This document shows, in pieces, positions 52,829 to 62,478 of a stretch of 64,000 nucleotides of DNA. This stretch comes from Cyanidioschyzon merolae (lineage: Eukaryota). Location of the stretch: assembly GCA_000091205.1 (NCBI GenBank), contig AP006497.2. The stretch is one strand, 5' to 3'. Under the pieces are notes generated by a model, which was not told where the DNA came from, searched no databases, and saw only the letters and a program-made list of their open reading frames with translations. Position numbers and translations under genes: made by a program. Numbering within the stretch: position 1 is the first letter of the stretch; every line of letters begins with the position of its first letter.

Positions 52829-52873
52829 TGCGTGCGTGCATGCGTGCGTGCGTGCGTGCGTGCATGCGTGCGC
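52829..52873. repeat. (TGCG)n-like alternating purine/pyrimidine tetranucleotide tract about 35 bp upstream of the kinase ORF
   Basis: tgcgtgcgtgcatgcgtgcgtgcgtgcgtgcgtgcatgcgtgcgc. Confidence 0.85.
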
Positions 52874-53006
52874 AGCGCTTCGAGGCACGCACACGCCCCA
52901 GCAGTGATTGCTGTGCATTGCCGGGACGACAGCGCTGCGCCCAGTACCAACGGTGAGCGTTGCGCCTGAGTTCACAAAGACCCGTTTGTTTAGAGCGTTC
53001 CAGAGC

Positions 53007-54923
53007 ATGTCGAGTTCATCTGCAGAGCTTTTTGTGCGGGATCAGGCTGAGGAAGATGGTGCCTCGTCCCAGGGCGCGAATGTGGCTACGCGCTCGATTC
53101 CAAGGGCGCACGCCGGCATGAGCCTCGGCCCTATGATCGGACCCTACAGCCTTGGCCGAACACTGGGCGTCGGCTCTACTGGCAAAGTTAAGCTGGGTGT
53201 TCACGTGGAAACTGGTGAACTAGTTGCAATAAAAGTGATCCGAAAAGAGTTCATTGAGCGAAAGGAGTCGCTAAAGAAGAAGATGCAGCGCGAGATCGCT
53301 GTTATGAAACTGTGCGACCATCCTAATGTGCTGCGCCTGCTCGAAGTCTTTGAAACGAATACGCACCTTTTCCTGGTAACAGAGTACGCGGACGGTGGCG
53401 AGCTCTTCGACTATCTGGTCAAGCGAGGGAGCCTCGAACCAGACGAGGCGCGGCTATTTTTTCGTCAGATAATCGAGGGCGTCGACTACTGTCACCAGCG
53501 ATACATCGTTCACCGTGACTTGAAACCAGAGAACCTCTTGCTGGATAAGGAACATCGAATCAAAATAGCTGATTTTGGGATGGCAAGTATGCTGCCGCCG
53601 GGGAGTATGCTGGAAACAAGTTGCGGGTCGCCTCATTACGCCGCACCGGAGATTATCAGTGGTGAAATGTACAGTGGTTTTGAAAGCGATGTCTGGAGTT
53701 GCGGTGTGATTCTGTACGCGCTGGTTACGGGTAAGTTGCCATTCGATGATGATAATCTGCAGAGGTTGCTGCAAAAAGTGAGATGTGGGCTATACCATCT
53801 GCCGAGTTATCTGCCTCCTCAGCTCCGCTCTCTGATCCACTGCATGCTCACAGTGGACCCGAAGCGGCGAATTACCGTCGAAGGCATCAAAGCGCATCCC
53901 TGGTATCTGGGGAAGGGCGAGAAAGGTAGCGGACCACATCACTCGCAATCGACCGCAAGCGATGGGGCAACAGCTGAAGGCGCTGACGCCAGGGAATCGA
54001 GAACCATACCGCAGTCGCTGGAACCAGCGGCGCCGTTGTATCGAGAGCCGGTGCTGGATCCAGTTCCTGCGATCCTGCAGTCTTTAGTTGATCTCGGTTG
54101 GGGTGATTCGGACTCTTTGCGAGCGATTCTAGCGAGTGAGCAACCGAGTTTAGAGCGTGTCTTCTACCGGCAGCTCGAAATTCGCGAGCGCGAGATGAAA
54201 CAACAATCTGCGAATGATAGCGACGAGGGCGAAAGCGGAACTCCGAGCCCGCGCGCTGGAAGTGCAGCTGAGAAAGCCGCGGATATGTCATCGGCAATAG
54301 CTGCATTATCGAACGCAGAAGCGACGTCAGCGGTACGGACGCGAACGCGCCGACCGCAATGGTTTCCACCAGAGTGGTCGAATGCAACCGATGTGCCTGC
54401 TGGTGCTGGTGGTGGTGGTGGTGGTGGTGCTCCTGTTCAAGCCGCTGATCAGACCAATGACATACAGCATCGGCTCGCGCAAACGCACATCGGAGCTGAG
54501 GACGCAACCAAGGCAGCAGCGTCCACCGAGGCGGGCAATGCCGGTGTCCTTTGGGAGCGTCCGACAGTTGCCTCTGCGCCGCAGCGCATTCCGCGCGGTA
54601 CTGGAACGCATCACGGGGCGCACGAGAAGGAGAGCATATCGGGTGACACTGGGGAGCAGCCATCGGATGGTGCTGAAGCCCAGAATGCTGACGAGGACAT
54701 GTTCCTGGCCGACCTGTCAGGTCCGAAGAAGAATTGGTTCGATAGCCTCGGTCGCTACTTCTACTCGCGCCAGCGACGTCGCAGCCGAGGTCCCCCGTCG
54801 TCTCACTCGCAGAGCACGGACCAGACACCGAAAAACCCTACAACTTCAAGTAGCGATAACGGGAGCACGGCGACTGAGCAGAGTGCGGATACGCCCGTCA
54901 GCGCAGCGCACCTCTCATCCTAG
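53007..54923 (+). CDS. AMPK-related Ser/Thr protein kinase (BRSK/SAD- or MARK-like) with a UBA domain after the kinase domain
   Basis: Motifs LGVGSTGKVKLG (Gly loop), AIK, HRDLKPENLLLD, IADFGMAS (BRSK/SAD-type DFG+1 context), SCGSPHYAAPE and DVWSCGVILYALVTGKLPFDDDNLQRLLQKV. This is followed by a UBA-like block ILQSLVDLGWGDSDSLRAILASE. There is a poly-Gly insert encoded by (GGT)n at about 54389-54421. The maximal ORF starts at 52908, and an alternative start is at 53118. Confidence 0.85.
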   Translation: MSSSSAELFVRDQAEEDGASSQGANVATRSIPRAHAGMSLGPMIGPYSLGRTLGVGSTGKVKLGVHVETGELVAIKVIRKEFIERKESLKKKMQREIAVMKLCDHPNVLRLLEVFETNTHLFLVTEYADGGELFDYLVKRGSLEPDEARLFFRQIIEGVDYCHQRYIVHRDLKPENLLLDKEHRIKIADFGMASMLPPGSMLETSCGSPHYAAPEIISGEMYSGFESDVWSCGVILYALVTGKLPFDDDNLQRLLQKVRCGLYHLPSYLPPQLRSLIHCMLTVDPKRRITVEGIKAHPWYLGKGEKGSGPHHSQSTASDGATAEGADARESRTIPQSLEPAAPLYREPVLDPVPAILQSLVDLGWGDSDSLRAILASEQPSLERVFYRQLEIREREMKQQSANDSDEGESGTPSPRAGSAAEKAADMSSAIAALSNAEATSAVRTRTRRPQWFPPEWSNATDVPAGAGGGGGGGAPVQAADQTNDIQHRLAQTHIGAEDATKAAASTEAGNAGVLWERPTVASAPQRIPRGTGTHHGAHEKESISGDTGEQPSDGAEAQNADEDMFLADLSGPKKNWFDSLGRYFYSRQRRRSRGPPSSHSQSTDQTPKNPTTSSSDNGSTATEQSADTPVSAAHLSS

Positions 54924-55447
54924 CAGTCAGGGTAAAATCCGGTTGTTCAGTGTGTGTGAGTGTGTGGCATGCTTCATGGGATACATTGCACAAGTCGTGT
55001 GGCTTGGCGCGGTATCGTGGCCCCGATGTCGACTCGGTGACCAGCTTCGGCTGAGAAGCATCGCTCCCGGCCGCAACCGGTGCCGGCAGCGCCCTGCCCC
55101 CCGTTTCTCGAACCCGAAAGCACTGGTAATCCGCGCGTTTACCTGATCCGTCTTTCGGAGGTTACTTGGCTGCGCAAGTGCAGCCAAACAACCTCCGAAC
55201 CGCACCGTCATTGGACGTGAATCGTAACGCTGCCTCTGTTCATGCATCCCGCGTACGTGCGTCGGATGCATCCTACATGCCTCCGACACTGGATTCTTCC
55301 GACATGTGAACGCATGTCCATATACTTCAACAGTGTGTATGTGTGTGTGTCTCGATCTATGCAATTGCATCGTATATGCTTCACATGACTGCATGCCTCA
55401 TCCATGTGCATATGTTTGAACGCGAATGACCCTCTTGGGAATGCATT

Positions 55448-57796
55448 TCACGCGACAGCCTGTGACGCTCGAGCCGGATCCAAATGCAGCGCATATTCGA
55501 GTCCATCTACCAGGGCATTCACAGATGCAACGATAATATTCGTATCCGCTGATACGGTCGTAAATCGTAGACCGCGTTTTCGGTCATGGAAAGAAACCAA
55601 GACTCTAGTGGTTGCGGCTGTCGCCGATTCCGAGTCCAAGATCCTGACTTTGTAGTCTTCTAGACTGATATGCTCGAGCTCGGGGAACGATCCCAGAAGC
55701 GCTCGACGCATTGCCGCGTTGACCGCGTCTACCGGGCCGTTGCCTTCCGCACACTCGAGCGTTGGTGCAGCACCATGCACGAGTACCTTCACAACAGCAT
55801 GGGTGTGCGTCTCGTTCCGCCAGACGGCCACAGAGGGATCTCGAGCAAGTGCCCTACGGCTATTTCTTTCGGGTATCTGAGCGCTCGGCAGAGGTGTTAC
55901 GAATAGTGGACCACCCGTTACCGGTGCCGCAGTACCATCGCGGGCGCCTTCCGAGAGCGATCGGGCAAGCGGTTCCGAAAACCAGCTATCTTCAGCATCC
56001 TCTGGGTCTTCGGGTGTAAAACAACCCTCCTGGTTCACATACAAAACGCGTTTGTTACCAGTGAAGACGGAAAAATCGACAAGTTCGAACGGCGCCACAT
56101 AATTGGGAACCGCTCGACGCCACATCATCGCTAGCGATGCCTCGGCGCCTTCGAACGTGAATCCCTTGTTCTCCAGCGCCTTGATACGCTCGAGTATCTT
56201 GGTAATACGCGCCTTCCAAACCGGATCGCGTTCATCAAAGGCGAGGTTCAAGGAGCGCAGTTTCGATTGAATGTTACCGCGTCCGCTGAGTTCGCTAACG
56301 AGTACTCGTGGCCGATTGCCCACCAAAGCGGGATCAATGAACTGGTAGCTGCGAGGGTCTTTCAGCATAGCGGCCACGTGGAGACCGCCTTTGTGCGCAA
56401 AAGCGCTCTCACCAACGAATGCACGCCATGGAACGTGCGGGCGATTCGCAATTTCGTCCACGAAGCGAGACACTGCCGTCAAATTCTGCAAGTGCGTCGT
56501 TGAGGCTACTACGGAATACCCCAGTCGCAGCTGCAAGATCGGGATAATCGACATGAGGTTGGCATTGCCAGTACGCTCACCGTAGCCGTTGACGCAGCCT
56601 TGGAGCAGCGTGGCGCCCCCGCGCACAGCTGCAATGGAATTCGCTACCGCCAGTTCCATATCGTTATGGCAATGGATACCCAAACGAACACCAGGTGACG
56701 ACTCAAATCGAGACTGCACCACACGCATAACATTTTCGACGACCCAGGGTGTAGCAGCGCCATTCGTGTCGCAAAGCACAAGGACGTCTGCGCCGGCCTC
56801 TACTGCCGCTTCCAAGCACTGCATCGCGTACGAAGCGTTCGCTTCATAGGCATCGAAAAAGTGCTCTGCGTCGAGCATGACCTCCCGTCCAGCTGCTTTG
56901 AGATACGAGACGGTGTCCCGAATCATCCGGATGTTTTCATCCAGACTCGTGCCGAGCACCTGCAGAACCTGAAAATCCCAGGTCTTGGCGACTATGGTTA
57001 CGGTGGGCGTTTCAGCGCGCAGCAGCGACCCTAGTTGCGGGTCCGCGTCGCAGGGAGTCCCTTTGTGTCGCGTTGCACCGAAAGCCACCAACTTTGCGTT
57101 ACGCATGCGCGGCAACAGTTCCTGCTTTGCCCGCAGGAAGAATTGTTCGTCCTTGGGATTGGATCCGGGCCAACCAGCTTCGATATACGCCACGCCAAGT
57201 TTCGCATCAAGCTCCGCAGCGATGCGCAATTTATCTTGGCAGGAGAGCGATATACCTTCGCCCTGGGTGCCGTCGCGGAGTGTGGTGTCGTAGATCTGGA
57301 TGTTCAAACCAGCGGTAGGTTGATCTAACGCATCCTTCCGGCCTTGGTCAACGTGCATGCAAGGCTGCCTAAGCAGAGACTCGGAGGCGTACTCGAACGC
57401 GGCACGTCGGCTTGTGCGTTGTATTCGATTGCGAATAGTCGAGCGACGCTTTCCGTGATTCCACTTCCCGGTATCGAAAGAAGAAAGCGCGACAGGTTCT
57501 GCTGAGAGGCCACGCCAGCGCCAGTAGACCGGAAGGCAGAACGCAGTTGCAGGGCGATGGTGATGAGTGCGCACACGCGCACGCGGCTGAGCGCACTGAG
57601 CCCAGCCAAGACCGAGTCCGTCACGACCTCCGCCGCTCGATCCAGAACGACACCACATCCCGGTCAGCAGCAGCATCAGTAGCAGCAGCCGTAGGAGTGG
57701 TCGTGCGCAAACAAACACAAACACACGAGAGAACGGTACACCCGAGAAACGTGTCGTGCGGCCACGAGTCCCAGGGAGTCGACGAGTTTCCAGCAA
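55448..57796 (-). CDS. cimA: (R)-citramalate synthase CimA (LeuA-related, Geobacter/cyanobacterial type) with a long N-terminal extension
   Basis: The catalytic core IQIYDTTLRDGTQGEGISLSCQDKLRIAAELDAKLGVAYIEAGWPGSNPKDEQFF...LVAFGATR...HCHNDMELAVANS...GCVNGYGERTGNANL...AFAHKGGLHVAA...VSELSGRGNI...GFTFEGAEASL...EGNGPVDA is colinear with Geobacter CimA (LYDTTLRDGTQAEDISF...IEGGWPGSNPKD...). Upstream of an internal Met at 57358 the ORF encodes about 146 aa rich in R/S/T, including (CTG)n-encoded LLLLMLLL. The start is uncertain (57796, 57676, 57658 or 57358). Confidence 0.8.
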   Translation of the reverse strand: MLETRRLPGTRGRTTRFSGVPFSRVFVFVCARPLLRLLLLMLLLTGMWCRSGSSGGGRDGLGLGWAQCAQPRARVRTHHHRPATAFCLPVYWRWRGLSAEPVALSSFDTGKWNHGKRRSTIRNRIQRTSRRAAFEYASESLLRQPCMHVDQGRKDALDQPTAGLNIQIYDTTLRDGTQGEGISLSCQDKLRIAAELDAKLGVAYIEAGWPGSNPKDEQFFLRAKQELLPRMRNAKLVAFGATRHKGTPCDADPQLGSLLRAETPTVTIVAKTWDFQVLQVLGTSLDENIRMIRDTVSYLKAAGREVMLDAEHFFDAYEANASYAMQCLEAAVEAGADVLVLCDTNGAATPWVVENVMRVVQSRFESSPGVRLGIHCHNDMELAVANSIAAVRGGATLLQGCVNGYGERTGNANLMSIIPILQLRLGYSVVASTTHLQNLTAVSRFVDEIANRPHVPWRAFVGESAFAHKGGLHVAAMLKDPRSYQFIDPALVGNRPRVLVSELSGRGNIQSKLRSLNLAFDERDPVWKARITKILERIKALENKGFTFEGAEASLAMMWRRAVPNYVAPFELVDFSVFTGNKRVLYVNQEGCFTPEDPEDAEDSWFSEPLARSLSEGARDGTAAPVTGGPLFVTPLPSAQIPERNSRRALARDPSVAVWRNETHTHAVVKVLVHGAAPTLECAEGNGPVDAVNAAMRRALLGSFPELEHISLEDYKVRILDSESATAATTRVLVSFHDRKRGLRFTTVSADTNIIVASVNALVDGLEYALHLDPARASQAVA

Positions 57797-58056
57797 TAGC
57801 TTTCGTCACGATCGCACCCAAAGGTAGATGTTGGCCAGCTGCGTCCAATCCTTTACAAAACCTTCACGTTTTAGACTATCCGCGTACACCGCACCGCCCT
57901 AGAGGCTGCTCGTACGCACCGCAACTCTTCCGTCGAAGCGAAAAGCACTACCACTACTACCACCACCACCAAAGAATCTCGCAGTCAAGGTGCTCGATGC
58001 AGGTACAAGTGCCCGGCGGCGCCGGCGTGCTACCCGAAAGCCTGGATCACAGCGCG

Positions 58057-58089
58057 CCTGCCTGCCTGCCTGGCTGCCTGCCTGCCTGG

Positions 58090-58124
<35 letters not shown>

Positions 58125-58192
58125 GCTGCCTGCCTGTCTGCCTGGCTGCCTGCCTGCCTGCCTGCCTGCCTGTCTGCCTGCCGGCGCGCCGC
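58057..58192. repeat. (CTGC)n tetranucleotide microsatellite with CTGG/CTGT variants, about 34 units
   Basis: cctgcctgcctggctgcctgcctgcctgg... read directly over about 136 bp. Confidence 0.95.
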
Positions 58193-58244
58193 GCACCCCC
58201 GTCGCGCACAATCGCAGCAGCGATACGCTGCCGCCCCTGAATTG

Positions 58245-58272
58245 CGTGTGTGTGTGTGTGCGCGCGCGCGCG
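58245..58272. repeat. (GT)7(GC)6 alternating purine-pyrimidine tract with Z-DNA-forming potential
   Basis: gtgtgtgtgtgtgtgtgcgcgcgcgcgcg. Confidence 0.9.
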
Positions 58273-58339
58273 ACGGGCGGGTATCGCGGCGTCGACGACG
58301 CAGTCACCGGCCCGGGCATCGCGTTCATGGACACGAGGC

Positions 58340-58365
58340 CGCTGCTGCTGCTGCTGCTGCTGCTG
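58340..58365. repeat. (GCT)n trinucleotide microsatellite
   Basis: gctgctgctgctgctgctgctgctg. Confidence 0.9.
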
Positions 58366-58472
58366 GGATGCGCACGCGCAATCATCCACGGTGGGTGCGG
58401 AGAGGCAGCGCGTTTGCGTCCATGCTTCAGGGGTTGTTCAGCGACGCAGAATTCCCGTAGGTTACAGCCGGG

Positions 58473-59894
58473 TTGGTTACGGAGATTAGCTGCACTACTG
58501 AAGGAGGCATGGGGCAGTCGAGTGTCTACAAGGAGGCGTTTGTAACTGCTTTGAATTGCGGTGGAGGAGTTGCGAACGGTATCCAAGGTGAAAAACCCTC
58601 AGCAGGCGTCAGGAGGAAAGAGTCGCTGACGACGACGACGTGCCCTCGAACCAGTGCACCCACTTTTAAAAGCGGAGAGCGAAGATCTAGAACAGCCATT
58701 TGCCTTGAGTCTCGCTTTAAAACGCAGATAAATGATGGACGATGCGACTCGCCGTCGTGGGTCCAGGGAACGGTGCAGGCGTGCGGCCTGGCAGCGCACA
58801 CGCGGCTATGTTTCTGGTCGTATAGGCGAACGCAGGGTCGCCTTACACGACGCATGGCGCGCTCTAGTATACAAGGTTTGCGGGACCGATGGAGCATTTC
58901 GCCGGTGCGTCTGTATGACGCATCGTTATGGGTGGCAAGCGCAGGCGCGGTCGAGACCACCCTCTTAACGCTGTGGAAGGTACTGCGCAGCGAGGTGACC
59001 TGCGCTATGCGCGGCTGCAGTGACGTTCTCTCGAGTCCATATGCTAGTTTATTGGGCATTCCCCTGACTTTTTTCGGGGCGCTAACCTATTCCCTTCTTG
59101 CATTCTTTACGTTTCAGGCTCGGCGGGAAAGAGTGTCCAGAATGACATCCGGGGCTAGTGCGCAGAACGGTACTGCTCCAGTGGCCGATGCCGTCGACGC
59201 TATCCCGCTCGATGCAATATCTTTCCGATTGTTTGGGCGACAAGTTCGACTGCAGGGGATATCGTACCAAGATCTTATGTTTGGTGCGTCGACCTTTATG
59301 CTGGTATTCAGCGGCTACCTTGTATGGTTGCTGGTCTTCGAACTGCAAGCAGTTTGCCCGTGGTGCATATTCTCCGCCGCGAGCTCCGTCATCCTCTTTA
59401 CGCTCGCCTGTGCGATCGAGAATGCTTTTTATCAAGGTGAACGTTATCGAAGATGGAGCCGACTCTTCTGGGTCGCCGGATGCTCCACTGTGCTTTCGCT
59501 TTCAAGTGCAGCAGCTGCCTACGCAGCTGCACAGTGGAGTATGCGAGTGACAGCTACGGTTTCCGCGAGTGAGCTGTATGCGCCGCCACCAATCGAAAGC
59601 CATTCTTCTGAGTCGGCTGTGGCGCTCGCGAAACACCTCAGGTCCCTGGGCGCCCGAATGTACGGTGCGTACTGGTGCGAGCACTGCCACGCACAAAAAG
59701 AGCTTTTCGGCCGCGAAGCCTTCTCTCACATCGAGTACATAGAATGTTCCAAGTACGGGGTGAACGGAAAAATGAATCTGTGCAGAAAGCGGCACGTTCC
59801 GGGATATCCAACGTGGGAAATCCGCGGGGAGCTGTATCCGGGAAAGAAATCCCTCGATGAGCTCAAGGAAATCAGCGGGTACACTGGCCCGTAG
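58473..59894 (+). CDS. LTO1: VKOR (vitamin K epoxide reductase) membrane domain fused to a C-terminal thioredoxin-like domain (plant LTO1 / cyanobacterial VKOR type)
   Basis: VKOR loop cysteines and the TM1 motif (CAMRGCSDVLSSPYASLLGIPLTFFGALTY). Membrane CXXC active site (AVCPWCIFSAASSVILF). C-terminal Trx-like CXXC (ARMYGAYWCEHCHAQKELFG), which from memory is very close to the Arabidopsis LTO1 block MYGAFWCSHC. An N-terminal presequence of about 150 aa precedes the VKOR domain. Confidence 0.75.
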   Translation: MVTEISCTTEGGMGQSSVYKEAFVTALNCGGGVANGIQGEKPSAGVRRKESLTTTTCPRTSAPTFKSGERRSRTAICLESRFKTQINDGRCDSPSWVQGTVQACGLAAHTRLCFWSYRRTQGRLTRRMARSSIQGLRDRWSISPVRLYDASLWVASAGAVETTLLTLWKVLRSEVTCAMRGCSDVLSSPYASLLGIPLTFFGALTYSLLAFFTFQARRERVSRMTSGASAQNGTAPVADAVDAIPLDAISFRLFGRQVRLQGISYQDLMFGASTFMLVFSGYLVWLLVFELQAVCPWCIFSAASSVILFTLACAIENAFYQGERYRRWSRLFWVAGCSTVLSLSSAAAAYAAAQWSMRVTATVSASELYAPPPIESHSSESAVALAKHLRSLGARMYGAYWCEHCHAQKELFGREAFSHIEYIECSKYGVNGKMNLCRKRHVPGYPTWEIRGELYPGKKSLDELKEISGYTGP

Positions 59895-61718
59895 CTACAC
59901 GAGCATACGCGCTTTTGACCTGCATGGATCCATGCAGTACTGGATCGTCAATGATGACACGCCCTATGTTGTCCAGATAAATGCTCGAGGCCCATAAAGG
60001 CAGGCGCCTAGCCCAAGCAGGTACCGCCTGGACATGCATGCCTCGCGAATGCTTCGTGTTTGATGAGTACACAAGTGGCGTTTCGTATGCGGCAGGCAGG
60101 TCGATGCGCTCGCTAGCCGCGGACGTTGTGCCTTATCTTCCATGTGGACGGGCGTAGAGAAAACCACACCACGTATCTCGATCGAATAGCTCGAGCTGCC
60201 TGATTCTGCGTTCAGCATGTTTCCCAGATACCATGCGCGTGAAACCGGGCTCATTGCTGAGTCCCATATGTGCTGTGCACCCGATCATGGGAGAATCCGC
60301 GCTGCGCAAAAAACTAGCCACAGTGCTTGTACGACCGCGGTGATCGAGCTTGCGCGTCATTCTCTTTCGGGGCTGGGTGATTTTGATCCATATCACCAGC
60401 GACTCGGGCACCGTTATGTGCGTAGGCGAGCACGTGACGGAAGCGATCCAGCATCGCAGCACTCGTGACTCTGTCGCTCACGTTTCCTCCGTCGATCACG
60501 TGGCTGGGTCGATTCGCGTGTGTAGCGCTTGTCCGGCGACGATGACCGGAATCGAATGGCCAGTACGATTGCTCTGGTTCCTACTCGCCGCTTTGCACCA
60601 CACCGATATAAAGAGGGCTCATAGTGTCCGTTCTGCACATGCAGTCGCCATACTCTGGCTGTCTGATTGGTTGGTTGGCTTTACGGCTGATGCGCACGGT
60701 TCAGGCAGTTGCGGTATGCGTCCCATACGCGGACTCGACCTGCGCTTGCCCTGCCCCACCGTCAAACAAATCCACGAGCATCGCATGCCTAGCGCTGCCT
60801 GCGTAACCGGGGCTACGCTCGCGGCAACGCCCGTCGGTATTTCGCATCAGGAGGCCTCCGGTGTGAAGGGCACGCGATTTCACCCCTGAATCCGATCCGG
60901 ATCCAATGTGGTACATTCGCGAGCGATACCATCCAAACAGCAAGGGAGATTGACTACATGGGATCATGCGTGCGTGGAATCCTCGGGATGCAGCAGCTGG
61001 CGTCGCGGCAACGTCCCGTTCAGCTCCAATGCAGTGCAGACGTAGCGCTGAAAGAGGCATGCCTTCGGCGAAGTCTGCTTCACCAATGCTGCGATCGCAT
61101 GTGATGAACGGGATCACTCTAGCACACGCGATGATGACTTCCTCGTACTACGCGCAACAGCAGTGACACAGGCCTGCGTTGATGACTCCAAAACACCGCT
61201 GAGAGCGCTGGAAGAACGCATGATCATGAGACGGCCATACAGATGACCCTTGTTTGACGGCAACAGGCTTCCTTTCAAAGCCATCCGTGCAATGAAACAA
61301 AATAGGATCTCTGACATGGTTTGACCCCAAACGAAGTCACCCAGAACCTCCAGTGAGGCATCGGTGTCGCGGTGCACAGCACACGCGTTGCATGTCGCAC
61401 TTTTCGGATAACGGGGTTTATCAATATTTGCGCATGATTCGCTGCACTGTATCCAGTGCTTCACATATGGATCATGCGCGCGTTCAGCGGAGAACCCGCC
61501 ATGATGGAAAAATTCCGTGAGTGCCGCACCTGGAATCCGTTTCGATATCCTCTGAAAACTTAGCCTCGTGCTCTGCACATAAAACTTAGGATGCATGGTC
61601 ATAAGCACGCATGCTAGGCTAGTCAGTAAAACAAAAAAAAAGTTTAACGTCCATGGACTAGAAGTATATCTACCCAATGCAGACGCCTCCCAGCCTTTTC
61701 TGACTTCCAGAATGCTAT

Positions 61719-61834
61719 CGATTTCAGTTTCTGCTTGTACACTTCGAGCATCAGACGCTACCTCACAAGCTTCGATCGCGTCAGCTCTGCAGGTTTCCTC
61801 TTCAATACTCCACATTTCCTGATATTGATGGTAG
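61719..61834 (+). repeat. Short dispersed element R2, copy 2, about 650 bp upstream of the MFSD5 start codon
   Basis: See copy 1 at 49737..49852. Confidence 0.5.
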
Positions 61835-62478
61835 CGGGAAGTCTTGGCACACGAACGACATCCGTTTATTGCCGCTGTTTGAACACATTAATCCAAGGTT
61901 CCTCGAACTCGTGCCCCGTTTACCACGAAACTCTCGTCGTCGTCTCGACGTGCGAACACTTTTTCTCGCCCATAGCCGCTATGTTTCTTCTCCTTCGTCA
62001 TTTGCGCTTCTTCGCTCGATGATAGGCAACAAGCGGATTTTTCTTTTTTTCAGGCACACGGCGACACCAAGCCCGCAGGCTCTCCGCCTTCCATGCCCAC
62101 ACCGTCGCCTTGGGTTCTGTACTTTAGAGACTTAGCGCACTTGGAACGCTTCTCCTATAAATTGCGAGAAAGCGTTGCAACGCAGGCATCCACGCGCGTG
62201 GAACCCAGCCGTGCTGAAATCGAGTGTTGCGCGTGACGGCGAACGCACGCCATGCGATGCTGCTGCTGCTGCTGCTGCACCGGTAATCTCGTACGCGACG
62301 CTAGTTTCTACGAACCAACGCGATATTCTGCTGCGCTGTTGGTTTTGGTTGCAGTTTCGTTACGTATTTTTGAGCTAGATCGAGTTTGGTTGCACCTGAA
62401 CCTCACGTCGTGATACCCTGAGCGCCGTCCGTGGTGTCCTAGGGAGAGGCCTCTCGGATTCCGTGGCTTTCACACGCC

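Larger units (their letters stand above)
57797..58472. promoter_or_regulatory. Divergent intergenic region between CimA and the VKOR-Trx gene, densely packed with microsatellites
   Basis: It lies between oppositely oriented start codons and contains (CTGC)n, (GT)n(GC)n and (GCT)n tracts. It extends to 57359 if CimA starts at its internal Met. Confidence 0.4.

Noticed and set aside
57658-57796. Signal-peptide-like hydrophobic stretch (VFVFVCARPLLRLLLLMLLLTGMW) at the N-terminus of the maximal CimA ORF, which could have meant bipartite targeting in a secondary plastid
   Set aside because: The poly-Leu is encoded by a (CTG)n/(CAG)n microsatellite in what is more likely promoter or 5' UTR. I do not treat it as evidence of a signal peptide.
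55448-57796. Bacterial contamination as the explanation for a bacterial-type CimA
   Set aside because: Flanking genes within a few kb are unmistakably eukaryotic (a kinase with a UBA domain on one side, a VKOR-Trx with presequence on the other), and GC content and microsatellite style are continuous across the junctions.
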